Shown here: one piece after another, positions 28,141-38,152 of the stretch
Numbering within the stretch: position 1 is the stretch's first letter
How the letters are laid out: the number at the start of each line of letters is the position of its first letter
Assembly (NCBI GenBank): GCA_023389575.1
Contig: JAEWEG010000054.1
Span: forward strand, 728 to 64,727
Length of the DNA: 64,000 nt
Direction: 5' to 3'
Origin: Chloroflexota bacterium
Lineage (GTDB): Bacteria > Chloroflexota > Chloroflexia > Thermomicrobiales > UBA6265
Made by a program: the position numbers and the translations under genes
The notes under the pieces: model-generated
The model's input: only the letters and a program-made list of their open reading frames with translations
The model's database searches: none
What the model was told of the DNA's origin: nothing

Positions 28141-30240
28141 TCAGATGGCGGTGATGGTGATCGGGCCGGAGACGATGGTGCCGACCTCGACGACGAAACC
28201 GGCGCTGCCGCCGGGCAGCGGGTTGTCGTTGTCGGTCGCCTGGAGGGTGATCGAGCCTTCGATGACGCTGGTGATGGTGTTGCCCTCGACGGTCAGGGCG
28301 ACGTCGTAGTCGTGGTCGACCTCCCAGTCGAAGGCGGTTTCGGCGAGGATTTCGACCTCGCCGCAGGCCTTGAGGATCTGGGCCTTGCCGCCTTCCCGCA
28401 GGACGAGCGCGTAGTAGCGGCGCATGCCGCCGACGCGGGCGGCGATTCCGGCCGAGGCGGCGAGCGGGCTGCGGACGGTGGCGGAGACGGTGTAGTCCTT
28501 CCACTCCTCCGTGCCCTGGGCGATAAGGCCGACGCCGTTGGTGTGGGATAGCTGGAAGTCAACCGGCCAGTAGGTGTTCCAGATGTCCATGCCGTCGATC
28601 CAGGCCTGGCGCCACATGTCGCCTTCGCCAGTGCCCTTGCGCAGCGTGACGGTGGGCGCGCCGGACCAGGTCAGCGAATCCAGCGTGAGGGTGTCGCCCT
28701 TTGCGCCATCCAGCTGAAGGCCGACCTGCTGGATGGGGGAGTTGTCCAGCGGGGGGATGGTCCAGCGGAGCGTGGTCGATTCGCCAGGTGAGACGGTGAT
28801 CTCCGGACCGGCGAGGGACTGGAGGGTGTCGTTCTCGTCCCAGACGCGGAGGACCAGGCTAGCCGTGATGGGGCCGGTGTTGGCGGCCGGGGTGGCGATG
28901 GAGGCGACGACTTCCTGGCCGGGATAGAGCGTGGGGGAGGCGAAGAGGCGATAGCCGCGCTCCAGGAAGGGGCGGGTTTCCTCGGGCGAGAAGGTTGGGG
29001 TGGTGACGGTGGCGGTGGATTCCCGGAGAGTGATGTCCAGCGCGCCGGTGGTGTTGGCGATGTTCGCGCTGGCGGGTTCGGCCGCCTGGAAGCCCTGGGC
29101 CGAGCCAGGCAGCGAAAAGTGGAAGCGCGCGCCATCCTTCGGGGCCAGCGCTGGTTCGCCGGCGAGAGCGCGGGCGGTGTTGACGACCCGGTAGGTCTCT
29201 CGGAGGGCGTCGCTGATGCCGCGCCCACCCTCGGCGGTGGAGAGGTAGAGGCGATCGGCGACGGGCTCGCGGTAGTCGGGCGTGTCGTCGAAGGCGGCGA
29301 GGCCGTTCCGGATGCCGAGGATCGCGCCGACGTTTCCGGCGTTGCAGTCGGTGTCCCAGCCGGCCGTGTTGGCGATCATCAGGGAGCGCCGCAGGTCGCC
29401 GTTGCCATGGAGCAGGGCGAGGATGATGAGGGCGTGATTGGGGACCATGTGGCAGGCGCCGGGGTACTTGTCGTAGCCGTAGCGTTCGCCGATGAGGCGG
29501 CGGGTGACGTACCAGTCGTCGTTGGCCGCGTGCCATTCGCGGACATCGCCGATGAGGCGCGCGATGGTGGAATCGGCCGGGATCACGCCGAGGGCGGTGT
29601 CGATGAGGGCGTTGATATCGGATTCGACGAAGGCCTGGGCCTCGATGGCGGCGATGACCTGGGCGCCATGAACGGCCTCGCCGTCGTGGCTGACGCTTCC
29701 GGCGCGGCGAGCCCAGTCGGCGGCCTTTTCGGGATCGCCGGGGGCGAGCATGGCCCAGGCATCGATGAAGATCTGGGCGCCGATCTGCTCGGCGATGGTT
29801 TTGCCGTTACGCGCTATCGAGCCGCTTTCGGGGGCCTTCACGCCATTCTGAAGGCGGACGAAGGCGGTGTGCTCGGTGGAGACGCCCATGCCGCCCCACC
29901 AGAGGACGGTGCGCTGGTCGATGAGGTAATTTAGCCAGGCGTCGCCGATCAGGGCGGGGGACAGGTTTGGGTCGAAGCGGTTGTCCTCCAGGGCACGGGG
30001 GAAGGTGAAGGTGCCGGCGATATCGTCGTCGGTGACCACGAGGGGCATGTTGAACTGCTCGTGGACGTAGTGGTCGATTTCGCCGAGCTTCTCGACGATG
30101 TCCTCGTGGAGCCAGCCTTCGAACGGGCGACCGAGGTAGACGCCGATGATCTTGCCGAGGACTCCGGCGTAGACGCGTTCGAGGTAGTCCGGCGAGGTGA
30201 TGGAGTAGGTGTTCGGGCGGTGCTGGAGGTCGATGGTCAT
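28141..30240 (-). CDS. ADP-ribosylglycohydrolase-fold (ARH/DraG family) domain fused to C-terminal beta-sandwich domains
   Basis: The N-terminal GVLGKIIGVYLGRPFEGW and the later NTAGWDTDCNAGNVGAILG match the two ARH-family signature regions. The C-terminal roughly 300 aa ends in a jelly-roll-like segment (WKDYTVSATV...YYALVL...). Confidence 0.65.
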   Translation of the reverse strand: MTIDLQHRPNTYSITSPDYLERVYAGVLGKIIGVYLGRPFEGWLHEDIVEKLGEIDHYVHEQFNMPLVVTDDDIAGTFTFPRALEDNRFDPNLSPALIGDAWLNYLIDQRTVLWWGGMGVSTEHTAFVRLQNGVKAPESGSIARNGKTIAEQIGAQIFIDAWAMLAPGDPEKAADWARRAGSVSHDGEAVHGAQVIAAIEAQAFVESDINALIDTALGVIPADSTIARLIGDVREWHAANDDWYVTRRLIGERYGYDKYPGACHMVPNHALIILALLHGNGDLRRSLMIANTAGWDTDCNAGNVGAILGIRNGLAAFDDTPDYREPVADRLYLSTAEGGRGISDALRETYRVVNTARALAGEPALAPKDGARFHFSLPGSAQGFQAAEPASANIANTTGALDITLRESTATVTTPTFSPEETRPFLERGYRLFASPTLYPGQEVVASIATPAANTGPITASLVLRVWDENDTLQSLAGPEITVSPGESTTLRWTIPPLDNSPIQQVGLQLDGAKGDTLTLDSLTWSGAPTVTLRKGTGEGDMWRQAWIDGMDIWNTYWPVDFQLSHTNGVGLIAQGTEEWKDYTVSATVRSPLAASAGIAARVGGMRRYYALVLREGGKAQILKACGEVEILAETAFDWEVDHDYDVALTVEGNTITSVIEGSITLQATDNDNPLPGGSAGFVVEVGTIVSGPITITAI

Positions 30241-30320
30241 CGGTGGTCCTTCGTGGATACGGGATGGATGAGGTGGTGAGCGTTCCGGGTCGACACGGGT
30301 GTGTTGGTAACGGGAGTTAA

Positions 30321-30438
30321 AGGCTCGATACGAGATCGGCCCCTACGAAACGGGGGTGTTTGTGGCGGGAACGTGGCGAGGTTCGGAATGGTGAGATAGC
30401 AGGGTCGATACGAGATCGACCCCTACATAGCGGTAGGG
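30321..30438 (-). repeat. Two copies of a roughly 33-nt motif in the permease to ARH intergenic spacer
   Basis: aggctcgatacgagatcggcccctacgaaacgg lies at 30321-30353 and agggtcgatacgagatcgacccctacatagcgg at 30401-30433. Confidence 0.8.
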
Positions 30439-30441
30439 TCG

Positions 30442-31305
30442 TCATCCTTTCAGGCCGCCCTGGGTGAGGCCATCGACGAAGCGTCGCTGGAGGCTGAGGA
30501 AGATGACGATGATGGGAACGATCATCATCATGGCGGCGGCGCTGGTCATGCCCCAGTCTCGGCTGAAGCGCGAGGTGAAGTTGTAGTAGCTGGTGACAAC
30601 GGTGAACTTGTCCTGCTGGGTGAGGAACACCGTGGCCAGCAGGAATTCGTTCCACACGGCGAGGGCGACGACGAGGCCGACGGTCAGGAAGCCGGGCCAG
30701 GAGAGCGGAATGATGATCTGAGTGAAGATCTTCCACTCGCTGGCGCCATCGACCCGGGCCGCGTCCTCGAAATCGGATGGCAACTGCACCATGTAGGAAC
30801 GCAGCAGGAAGATGGCGAGGGGCGCGTTGATGGCGATGTAGATCATCGCCAGCCCCGGCAGGCTGTTGACCAGGCCAGCCCGTTGCCAGAGGAAGAACAG
30901 CGGGACGAGGAACAACTGGAGCGGCAGGGACGAGCCGACCAGCAGGTAGAGCATCACCGCGTTGGAGCCTGGAAGGTCGAGCTTCGCGAGGCTGTAGGCC
31001 GCCATGCCGCCGAGCACCAGCACGCCGACCACGGTGAGCGCGACGAGGATGCCGCTGTTCTGCATGGTGGTGGCGAAGTTGCCGACGCGCCAGGCGTCGG
31101 GGTAGTTCTGCCAGATGATGTCGCGCGGCCAGCCGAGCGGGTTGCGGCCGATTTCGGCCTGGCCCTTGAGCGAGTTGAAGCCGAGGATCACCATCGGGCC
31201 AAGGGCAAAGATCGCCAGCAGGCTGAGGACGATGTAGTTGGGCAGGAAGGCGAGGCCGGTGCGGCGGGACCGTCCGAAGCGGACGCGCTGCTTGATGGTT
31301 GCCAT
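30442..31305 (-). CDS. Carbohydrate ABC transporter permease (MalG-like)
   Basis: The protein starts MATIKQRVRF... and has six helices. The EAA-like loop is EDAARVDGASEWKIFTQIIIP. The upstream part of the 541-aa ORF is rejected. Confidence 0.85.
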   Translation of the reverse strand: MATIKQRVRFGRSRRTGLAFLPNYIVLSLLAIFALGPMVILGFNSLKGQAEIGRNPLGWPRDIIWQNYPDAWRVGNFATTMQNSGILVALTVVGVLVLGGMAAYSLAKLDLPGSNAVMLYLLVGSSLPLQLFLVPLFFLWQRAGLVNSLPGLAMIYIAINAPLAIFLLRSYMVQLPSDFEDAARVDGASEWKIFTQIIIPLSWPGFLTVGLVVALAVWNEFLLATVFLTQQDKFTVVTSYYNFTSRFSRDWGMTSAAAMMMIVPIIVIFLSLQRRFVDGLTQGGLKG

Positions 31306-31307
31306 GG

Positions 31308-32249
31308 CTAGATCTCCCATCCGCGCTTGCGCAGCACCACGAAAATGGCGATGACGATGCCGACGAAGACGCTCATGGTGAGGCCAATGGCGCTGGCGTA
31401 ACCGGCCTCGAGGTTCATGAAGGCGTGCTTGAAGACGAGCACCGAGAGCACCTCGGAGGCGCCGGCGGGTCCGCCCTGGGTAAGGACCCAGATGTAGTCG
31501 AAGGTCAGGAACGACCAGATGCTGGTCATCAGGATCATGAAGACGAGGGTGGGGCGAATGCCCGGAATGGTGATGTCGCGGAACTCCTGCCACTTGGACG
31601 CGCCGTCGAGCCGGGCGGCCTCGTAGAGATCGGCCGGGATGTTCTGCATGGCGGCGAGGAACAGCACCATCAGGAATCCCCAGAAATGCCAGTTGTCGAC
31701 GAAGGCAATGGTGGGGAGAACGGTGGAGGAGTCTCCAAGCAGGGCGCGGTCGAAGCCGGGCACGCCCCATTCGGTGAGCTTGCCGGGAATACCGCGATCC
31801 GGATGCAGTAGCGAGCGCCAGATCGCGGCGACCACCACGCTGGGGAGGACATAGGGCAGAAAGAGGCCCATGCGATAGACCAGCGATCCGCGCCGGAGCG
31901 GGGCCAGGAAGCTGGCGGCGACCAGGGCCAGCGCGATCGGGACCGTGAGGAACATCAGCAGCCAGATCAGGTTGTTGCGAAACGCGTGACGGAACGAGCC
32001 GTCGTCGAACAGCAGCCGCCGGAAGTTCTCGAGGCCGATCCATTCGGCCTGGCCGATCCCGGTCCACTGGGTCATGGAGTAGTAGAAGGCGGAGAGGGCC
32101 GGTCCGAGCACGACGATGACGTTAATCAGCAGGATGGGCAGCACGAAAAGCCAGGGCACGACTTTCCGGCGCCAGGTGGGGCGTTGCCAGAACCGGAGAG
32201 CTGGTTGCTGGCCCAGGGAGTAGTCCAGCGATGCTTGAGCGTTGGTCAC
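31308..32249 (-). CDS. Carbohydrate ABC transporter permease (MalF-like)
   Basis: The loop YEAARLDGASKWQEFRDITIPGIRP is present. The gene sits 2 nt upstream of the next permease gene. Confidence 0.85.
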   Translation of the reverse strand: MTNAQASLDYSLGQQPALRFWQRPTWRRKVVPWLFVLPILLINVIVVLGPALSAFYYSMTQWTGIGQAEWIGLENFRRLLFDDGSFRHAFRNNLIWLLMFLTVPIALALVAASFLAPLRRGSLVYRMGLFLPYVLPSVVVAAIWRSLLHPDRGIPGKLTEWGVPGFDRALLGDSSTVLPTIAFVDNWHFWGFLMVLFLAAMQNIPADLYEAARLDGASKWQEFRDITIPGIRPTLVFMILMTSIWSFLTFDYIWVLTQGGPAGASEVLSVLVFKHAFMNLEAGYASAIGLTMSVFVGIVIAIFVVLRKRGWEI

Positions 32250-32333
32250 GAGTTGCCTGCTTCCAAGTGGGAGCGGTTACGGATGTGGGCCGTTCCGCCC
32301 GGCGCGATGGCGGGGCGGAACGGTTCCCGGTGG

Positions 32334-33677
32334 CTAGCGGGACGGGATCGGCGGCACATCTCCGGCCTCGAACTCGGTGGTGAAGATGTCCTGGAATCCC
32401 TGGAGGAACTCCTCGACGGTCATGTCCCCGGCCCAGACCTTCTCGATCTCCTCGATTAGGTAGGTTTCCGTCTTCGGGGGCCAGAAGGTCCAGGTGGTGT
32501 AGCCGTACCCACCGCCGCTCGATGCCTCGTTGAGCTGCCCGATCATGCGCGACTGGCGCTCGTCGAGTTCGCCAAGGAGCTCGGCGGGAATCTCGATCGG
32601 GGCGGCGGCGAGTCCGGCGCCGGCGACCTGTTGGGCCTGGGCTTCGGGCGAGAAGAAATAGGCCAGGAACTCGGCGGCGGCGTCGGGATCGGCCGAATTG
32701 GCGTTGATGCTGTAGGTGGAACCGATGCCGAGATCGAAGATGACGTCGCCCGTGGCGGACGGCATGGGCACCCAGTCCCACTCCTGGCCGGACTCCTCGA
32801 AGAAGGTCATGGCATCGCTGATGAGCCAGGAGCCTTCGATCTTCATGGCGGCCTCGCCATAGGCGAGGGCGGCGGTGGCGTCGGCCGAGGGGGTGGTGTA
32901 GTAGCGGTCGAGCCCGCCCATGAACCAGCCGTTCTTCTGGTACTCGTCGAGGACGGTGAGGGAGTCGACGAAGGCCTGGTCGGTCCATGGCAGTTCGCCG
33001 GTGAGGGCCTGGTAGACCTTGTCGGGACCGGCGTGATGGTTCAGGAATTCGCCGATGAACCACTCGTTGGTGCCCTTCCACTCGGCGTTTGTGTGGGCGA
33101 AGGGCATGAGCCCGGCGTCGGCGACCTGCTGGGCGAGGGCGGTGAGTTCGTCGATGGTGGTGGGCGGAGTCCAGCCGTTATCGGCGAAGACCGTGGCGTT
33201 GTAGTAGAGGACGAGGGTTTCGACCTCATTGGGGATGGCGACCAGCGCCCCGTCGACCTTGCCGAGGTCCATGGCCCAGGGAGAGAAGCTGTCGGCCCAG
33301 CCGAACTCGGTGGCGTAGTCGTCCAGCGCGAGGATTTGGCCGGCCTTGCCAAGCTCCATGGAGAGGGACGGTCCGGGGGTGGTCACGATGTCGGGACCAG
33401 CTCCACCGGCCAGGGCGGTTTGGGTGGCGGTCCAGCCGTTGGCCTGCATGGTGGCCTCGACCTGGACGCCGCCGAGGGCGTTGAAGTCGGCGACGATGTT
33501 GTCGACCAGCCACTGGGCGGTATCGGAACCGCCGGTGATATCGAGCCAGAAGGTGACCTTGCCGGCGTCCTGGGCGGACGCGAACCCGGCGGGAACGCTG
33601 ATACCGGTGACGGTCGCGCCGGCGGCGGCCAGCTTCAGGATCAGGCGGCGATTGGCGGACAGGTTAGCGAGGTTCAT
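32334..33677 (-). CDS. Extracellular solute-binding protein (family 1, sugar ABC)
   Basis: The Tat-like leader is NRRLILKLAAAGATVTGISVPAGFASAQ. The ORF is 447 aa with typical SBP composition. Confidence 0.8.
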   Translation of the reverse strand: MNLANLSANRRLILKLAAAGATVTGISVPAGFASAQDAGKVTFWLDITGGSDTAQWLVDNIVADFNALGGVQVEATMQANGWTATQTALAGGAGPDIVTTPGPSLSMELGKAGQILALDDYATEFGWADSFSPWAMDLGKVDGALVAIPNEVETLVLYYNATVFADNGWTPPTTIDELTALAQQVADAGLMPFAHTNAEWKGTNEWFIGEFLNHHAGPDKVYQALTGELPWTDQAFVDSLTVLDEYQKNGWFMGGLDRYYTTPSADATAALAYGEAAMKIEGSWLISDAMTFFEESGQEWDWVPMPSATGDVIFDLGIGSTYSINANSADPDAAAEFLAYFFSPEAQAQQVAGAGLAAAPIEIPAELLGELDERQSRMIGQLNEASSGGGYGYTTWTFWPPKTETYLIEEIEKVWAGDMTVEEFLQGFQDIFTTEFEAGDVPPIPSR

Positions 33678-33847
33678 GGTTTGCTCTCCGTGGTAATGAT
33701 GGCGGACGCTCGATGGAACCCGGGACCCGGAATGATCAGTGGTTGCGCGTGGGTTCGCGTGCTCCTTTCACAGGGGTGTGGCGTCTACGTCGTGGACCCG
33801 GATGAAGGTCGAAGCGAGTGGTGATCCTGGCGGGTTTGGCGGCGGGA

Positions 33848-34879
33848 TCAGGCGGACGATCGAGGGACGAGATCGAAATCGAGGACCTCGCGGCGGGTTG
33901 GGCCCTTATGGGAGCCATCGATGCGCGAGAGCAGGAGTTCGGCGGCGCGGCGCCCGGTGGCGTGCGAATGCTGGTTCAGGGTGGTGAGCGGCGGGTGCAC
34001 GAGTTTCGCCGCCGGAATGTCGTCGAATCCGGCCAGGGCGATGTCTTCCGGCACGCGGACGCCCAGTTCGCGGCAGGCGAGGAGGGCACCCATGGCCATC
34101 AGGTCGTTGGCGGCGAAGACGGCGGTGGGCCGGGGCGACATGGCCAGCAGTTCGCGCATGGCTTCGTAGCCCCCGGCCTCGGTGAAATCGCCGCCCCGGA
34201 CAAGGACTTCCTCCAGCGGCATGTGATGCTCCTCGAGGGCCCGGCGATAGCCCCGGACGCGGCCCTCGCGTGGGGGCGTGGCGACGCGGCCGGAGATCAT
34301 GCCGATCCGGGTGTGGCCGCGATCGATGAGATAAGAGACGACGGCCCGGGCGGCGTCTTCCCCAGAGATGGAGACGAGGTCGAGCGGCAGGTTGGGCGGG
34401 ATGACGTCTTCGGCGAGGTCCTGCTGCATAGTGACGGGGGTACCTTCCCGCAGGAGCGGCATGAGGTCGGCGACGGTGACGAAGAAGGGCGTGACGATGA
34501 CGCCGTCGACCCGGTTGCGGCGGGCGGCTTCGAGCGAGGCGAGTTCAATGTCGCGCTCGCCGTCGGTGTTGAAGGCCAGGACGTCGTAATCGTGGACGCG
34601 GGCGGTGTCCTGGATGCCCCGGATGAACTCGGGGTAGTAGGGGTTGGTGATGTCGGGGATGACGGCGGCGATGGTGAAGGTTTTGCGCGTGCGGAGGCCG
34701 CGGGCGCTGTTGTTCGGGATGTAGCCCAGGTCGGCGATGGTGGCGAGCACGCGTTCGCGGGTTTCAGGGAGGATGGAGACGGTCTGCACGTCGTTGAGGA
34801 CGTAGGAGACGATGGCCTGTGACACGCCGGCGGCGCGGGCGACATCACGCTGGGTTGGACGGCGGTTGGTGGCTGCCAT
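33848..34879 (-). CDS. LacI-family transcriptional regulator
   Basis: The HTH is PTQRDVARAAGVSQAIVSYVLN. A periplasmic-binding-fold core follows. Confidence 0.9.
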   Translation of the reverse strand: MAATNRRPTQRDVARAAGVSQAIVSYVLNDVQTVSILPETRERVLATIADLGYIPNNSARGLRTRKTFTIAAVIPDITNPYYPEFIRGIQDTARVHDYDVLAFNTDGERDIELASLEAARRNRVDGVIVTPFFVTVADLMPLLREGTPVTMQQDLAEDVIPPNLPLDLVSISGEDAARAVVSYLIDRGHTRIGMISGRVATPPREGRVRGYRRALEEHHMPLEEVLVRGGDFTEAGGYEAMRELLAMSPRPTAVFAANDLMAMGALLACRELGVRVPEDIALAGFDDIPAAKLVHPPLTTLNQHSHATGRRAAELLLSRIDGSHKGPTRREVLDFDLVPRSSA

Positions 34880-34935
34880 GGTGATGTCCGTGGTGCGACG
34901 TGGAGCCGGATGGAGTGGCTCGTGGTGTGCTAGGT

Positions 34936-34947
34936 CGATACTGTTGA
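34936..34947. promoter_or_regulatory. Candidate LacI operator TGATACGTATCA (perfect 12-bp palindrome centred on CG)
   Basis: It lies 57 bp upstream of the LacI start. It is preceded by tcgatac, the same heptamer found in the 30321-30438 repeats. Confidence 0.5.
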
Positions 34948-35161
34948 TACGTATCAGTGTAGCAAGGACCCGGAAACACGCAATCCCCTTCGCGAACTGT
35001 TCAGCGGATCGGTGCGGAGTTGTGAATGAAGACCGCTGGGACCTCGACCCATCCGGTGCGGGTGTGCCGTGTGGGGATCGCTAGAATGAAGTTATCGAGA
35101 CCCGCATAGTTGGCGTGCCCGAGTCTGGTCGGGTAGTAGGCGCCAGAAGGACAGGATCACG

Positions 35162-35944
35162 ATGTGGCCGCTTCCGGCGTCCGGAAATGAGCATGAGTCG
35201 CGTGTCACGTCCGCTCTGGGCGTGACACGGACGGTGCGCGACGACCGCCTCGCCGTTCTCGCCCACGAATGGTTGTATGGACGCTTCACCTCCAGGGAGG
35301 ATTCACCGAATCTCTTCTTTGGGGAGCCCGATCTCTTCGAGGCCGGGCTCAGGGAGCGGCAAGTCGAGTGGGTATGGGTTGCCCCTGACAATCGGTCTCG
35401 CACCGAGGTGTTCTCCCCGGAAGGGGAGCTCCAGGCGGTGCTCGTCACCAACCAGCGGTACCGGGTGATGTGGGGTGATGCAGGCGCTTCCCCTCGTTCC
35501 CACAAGGGAGGTTGGCCGGCGGATGACCTGATGCCATTCGAGATGTTCAACGATCATGGGCGGTCGGAAGGCGCGATGGCGCTTACGCATCCTGGCTATT
35601 TCACGCATGGGCTCGTGGCGGTCCCAGGTGAGCGGGAGGAGAGGCTGATCGATCCCGTGCTGGGTCGGCCCGTTCGGAGGCTGCTCCTGGAGTCGACGCC
35701 GGAGGCGGCCGCAACCTCATGGCAAGGCACGGATATCCGGACACCAGTGCTTCCAGAGGCTCAGCAGGTCGAACTCGCGGTGGACGAAGAGTTCGATGTC
35801 ATCGTGGCCTGGACGGGTCTGTTCGAGGGCAAACCGTACGCTCAAACCCGGTTTCATGAGTTGGATTTCGATGTAACGATTGATCCGGCATGGTTCGAGT
35901 TGAGCGAAGGGGATTTCCCGATAGCTCGTCCCGCCCTCCGGTGA
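35162..35944 (+). CDS. Hypothetical protein
   Basis: 260-aa ORF with no competing ORF. I recognise no motif. Confidence 0.4.
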   Translation: MWPLPASGNEHESRVTSALGVTRTVRDDRLAVLAHEWLYGRFTSREDSPNLFFGEPDLFEAGLRERQVEWVWVAPDNRSRTEVFSPEGELQAVLVTNQRYRVMWGDAGASPRSHKGGWPADDLMPFEMFNDHGRSEGAMALTHPGYFTHGLVAVPGEREERLIDPVLGRPVRRLLLESTPEAAATSWQGTDIRTPVLPEAQQVELAVDEEFDVIVAWTGLFEGKPYAQTRFHELDFDVTIDPAWFELSEGDFPIARPALR

Positions 35945-36152
35945 AGCAGACATCACGCCGCCCGCCGTGTTGCCGAAAGCGTGCCAAGCTTGCAAGCCGT
36001 CAGCTGTGAGGTGATGTATACAGGGAAGCCAGGGGACCGGCGACGACTGACTAGAGGCGCAACCGTTGGCCCGGTGACCACGTTGGATGAATGACGCTGG
36101 CCCGCGAGCGGTGGGCCTGTTCACGTGCCACGATGCCAAACCGGAGCCCTCC

Positions 36153-36932
36153 ATGCCTGTCCACGCCTATCCCACCACGTTCCACGCCGACGCCGCGGCG
36201 GCGATCGTCGAGTTCTTCGCCGCGCGCGACGAGACCGGCGCCGTGCTGCTGGTCAACTCCTGCGCGCGGGGCAAGGCGACGCCCGAGAGCGACCTCGACA
36301 TGGTGGTGCTGGTTCCGCAGGGAACGGTGACCGGCGAGCTTCAAGCGGACTGGGAAAGTTTCCGAGCGTCTGACCGGCGGATCGTCGCGTTCCTCGCGTT
36401 TGGGCCGTTCTCGGTATTGCACCTCGACATCGAGGAGGCCGTCATTGCCTTGCCCGATCATCCGGAGAACGAATATCCGGACTGGTTCGAGCTGATGATC
36501 GGCAACTGGCTGGCGTGGGGCGTCGCGCTGTGGGAGCGCGACGGGTTCCATGCCCGGCTGCGCGCCCAGTGGTTGCCGTTCTATGACGATGCCCTGCGGC
36601 GCAAGCGGCTGGGGGAGGTGCGCCGCCAATGCGTGGATTACCTCGCATTTGTCCCGTCCTACGTGGCGCGAGGGCTGTACTTCCAGGCGTTCTCGCGGCT
36701 GTGGCGGGCGTTCCAGCTTTTCCTGCAGGCGTTGTTTCTTTCGCGGCGGACATACCCAATCGCGTACGACAAATGGATTCACGAGCAGGTGGGCGACATC
36801 CTGGAGTTGCCCGATCTCTACGCTCAACTGCCCGGCCTGTTCGAGATCGGCCATTTCGAAAGCGACGAGATGGTGGAAAAGGCGGCCCTGCTGCGACGGT
36901 TGCTGGACGAGTACGTGCCGTCCGGCGCGTGA
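36153..36932 (+). CDS. Nucleotidyltransferase-domain protein
   Basis: NSCARGKATPESDLDMVVLV matches the G-x-x-x-R-G...D-x-D pattern. The start is set at MPVHAYP. Confidence 0.65.
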   Translation: MPVHAYPTTFHADAAAAIVEFFAARDETGAVLLVNSCARGKATPESDLDMVVLVPQGTVTGELQADWESFRASDRRIVAFLAFGPFSVLHLDIEEAVIALPDHPENEYPDWFELMIGNWLAWGVALWERDGFHARLRAQWLPFYDDALRRKRLGEVRRQCVDYLAFVPSYVARGLYFQAFSRLWRAFQLFLQALFLSRRTYPIAYDKWIHEQVGDILELPDLYAQLPGLFEIGHFESDEMVEKAALLRRLLDEYVPSGA

Positions 36933-37048
36933 TGGGCTGGGCAGGTGAGGCGACTGGCGGAAGAGGGATTGGCAATCCGGAGCCAGTTGGTATGGTGACC
37001 TCATCGAATTCCCGCGTGTCCCATCGTTCCGGGTCAGGAGGCATCATC

Positions 37049-38149
37049 ATGGCAGTGGCGGTAGCAGCGGACCAGGCGGCAACCAGCGGCAGGGTCGGCA
37101 TCGTGGATTGCGACGTGCATCCGATGCCGGAGCACATGGACGAGATCCGGGCGTACCTGCCGATGCCATGGCGGGACCGGTTCTCGGGCGGTGGCCGCGG
37201 GTTCTATGGCAACCCGGTGCACGGCTCGCGGCTGGACAGCGTGCCGCCCGGTGGTGGTCCGGCCGGGTCGGACCCCGATTTCCTGCGCAGACAACTGATC
37301 GAGGAGTTCGGGATCGCCTATGCTGTGCTGCTGCCTCGGGCGTTCTGCAACACGCATCCCGATCCGGACATGGGGAACGCGATCGCGGCGGCCTACAACG
37401 ACTGGGTGGCCGAGAAATGGCTGGACAGGAACGACGCCGACGGTGTGTTCAAGGGTTCGATCACGATCAACCATCACGATCCGTTGGCGGCCGCCCGGGA
37501 GATCGACCGCTGGGCCGGGCACCCGCATTTCGTGCAGGTGATGACCGATTCGGGGGCACGCGCGCCCTTCGGCCAGCGCCAGTACCACCCGATCTACGAA
37601 GCCTGCGAGCGACATGGGCTGCGGTTCGCGGTGCATCCTGGAACGGATGGGATGGGGATCAACGTTCAGCCATCGCCGGGATATCCCACGCACTACATCG
37701 AGTGGCACACCACGCTCTCGCTGAGCTTCCAGGCGCATCTGGTGAGCATGCTCACGGAGGGAATCTTCGAGCGGTTTCCGGGCCTGGGCATCACCCTCAC
37801 CGAGGGTGGGATCTCGTGGCTGCCGGCCCTGATGTGGCGGCTGGACGCGGAGTGGAAGGCGCTTCGCTCGGAGGTGCCGTGGCTGACGAAGGCGCCATCG
37901 GCGTACCTGCGTGACCACGTGCGGCTTTCGAGCCAGCCGATCGAGAACCCGGACAACCCGAAGCATCTCCTCCAAATGCTGGAGATGATGGATGCTGAGC
38001 ACATCCTGATGTTCGCCAGCGACTACCCGCACTGGGATTTCGACTCCCCGACTCACGCCTTCCCCAAGCTGCCGCAAGCCCTGCACGACCGCATCTTCTC
38101 GCTGAACGCGCGGGAGTGGTACGGACTGCCCGAAGCGGCGGAGGCGTAG
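37049..38149 (+). CDS. Amidohydrolase-2 (ACMSD-like) metal-dependent hydrolase/decarboxylase
   Basis: AGGAGG precedes the ATG. The motifs are DCDVHP (H-x-H-like), FAVHPG and ASDYPHWD. Confidence 0.75.
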   Translation: MAVAVAADQAATSGRVGIVDCDVHPMPEHMDEIRAYLPMPWRDRFSGGGRGFYGNPVHGSRLDSVPPGGGPAGSDPDFLRRQLIEEFGIAYAVLLPRAFCNTHPDPDMGNAIAAAYNDWVAEKWLDRNDADGVFKGSITINHHDPLAAAREIDRWAGHPHFVQVMTDSGARAPFGQRQYHPIYEACERHGLRFAVHPGTDGMGINVQPSPGYPTHYIEWHTTLSLSFQAHLVSMLTEGIFERFPGLGITLTEGGISWLPALMWRLDAEWKALRSEVPWLTKAPSAYLRDHVRLSSQPIENPDNPKHLLQMLEMMDAEHILMFASDYPHWDFDSPTHAFPKLPQALHDRIFSLNAREWYGLPEAAEA

Positions 38150-38152
38150 GCG

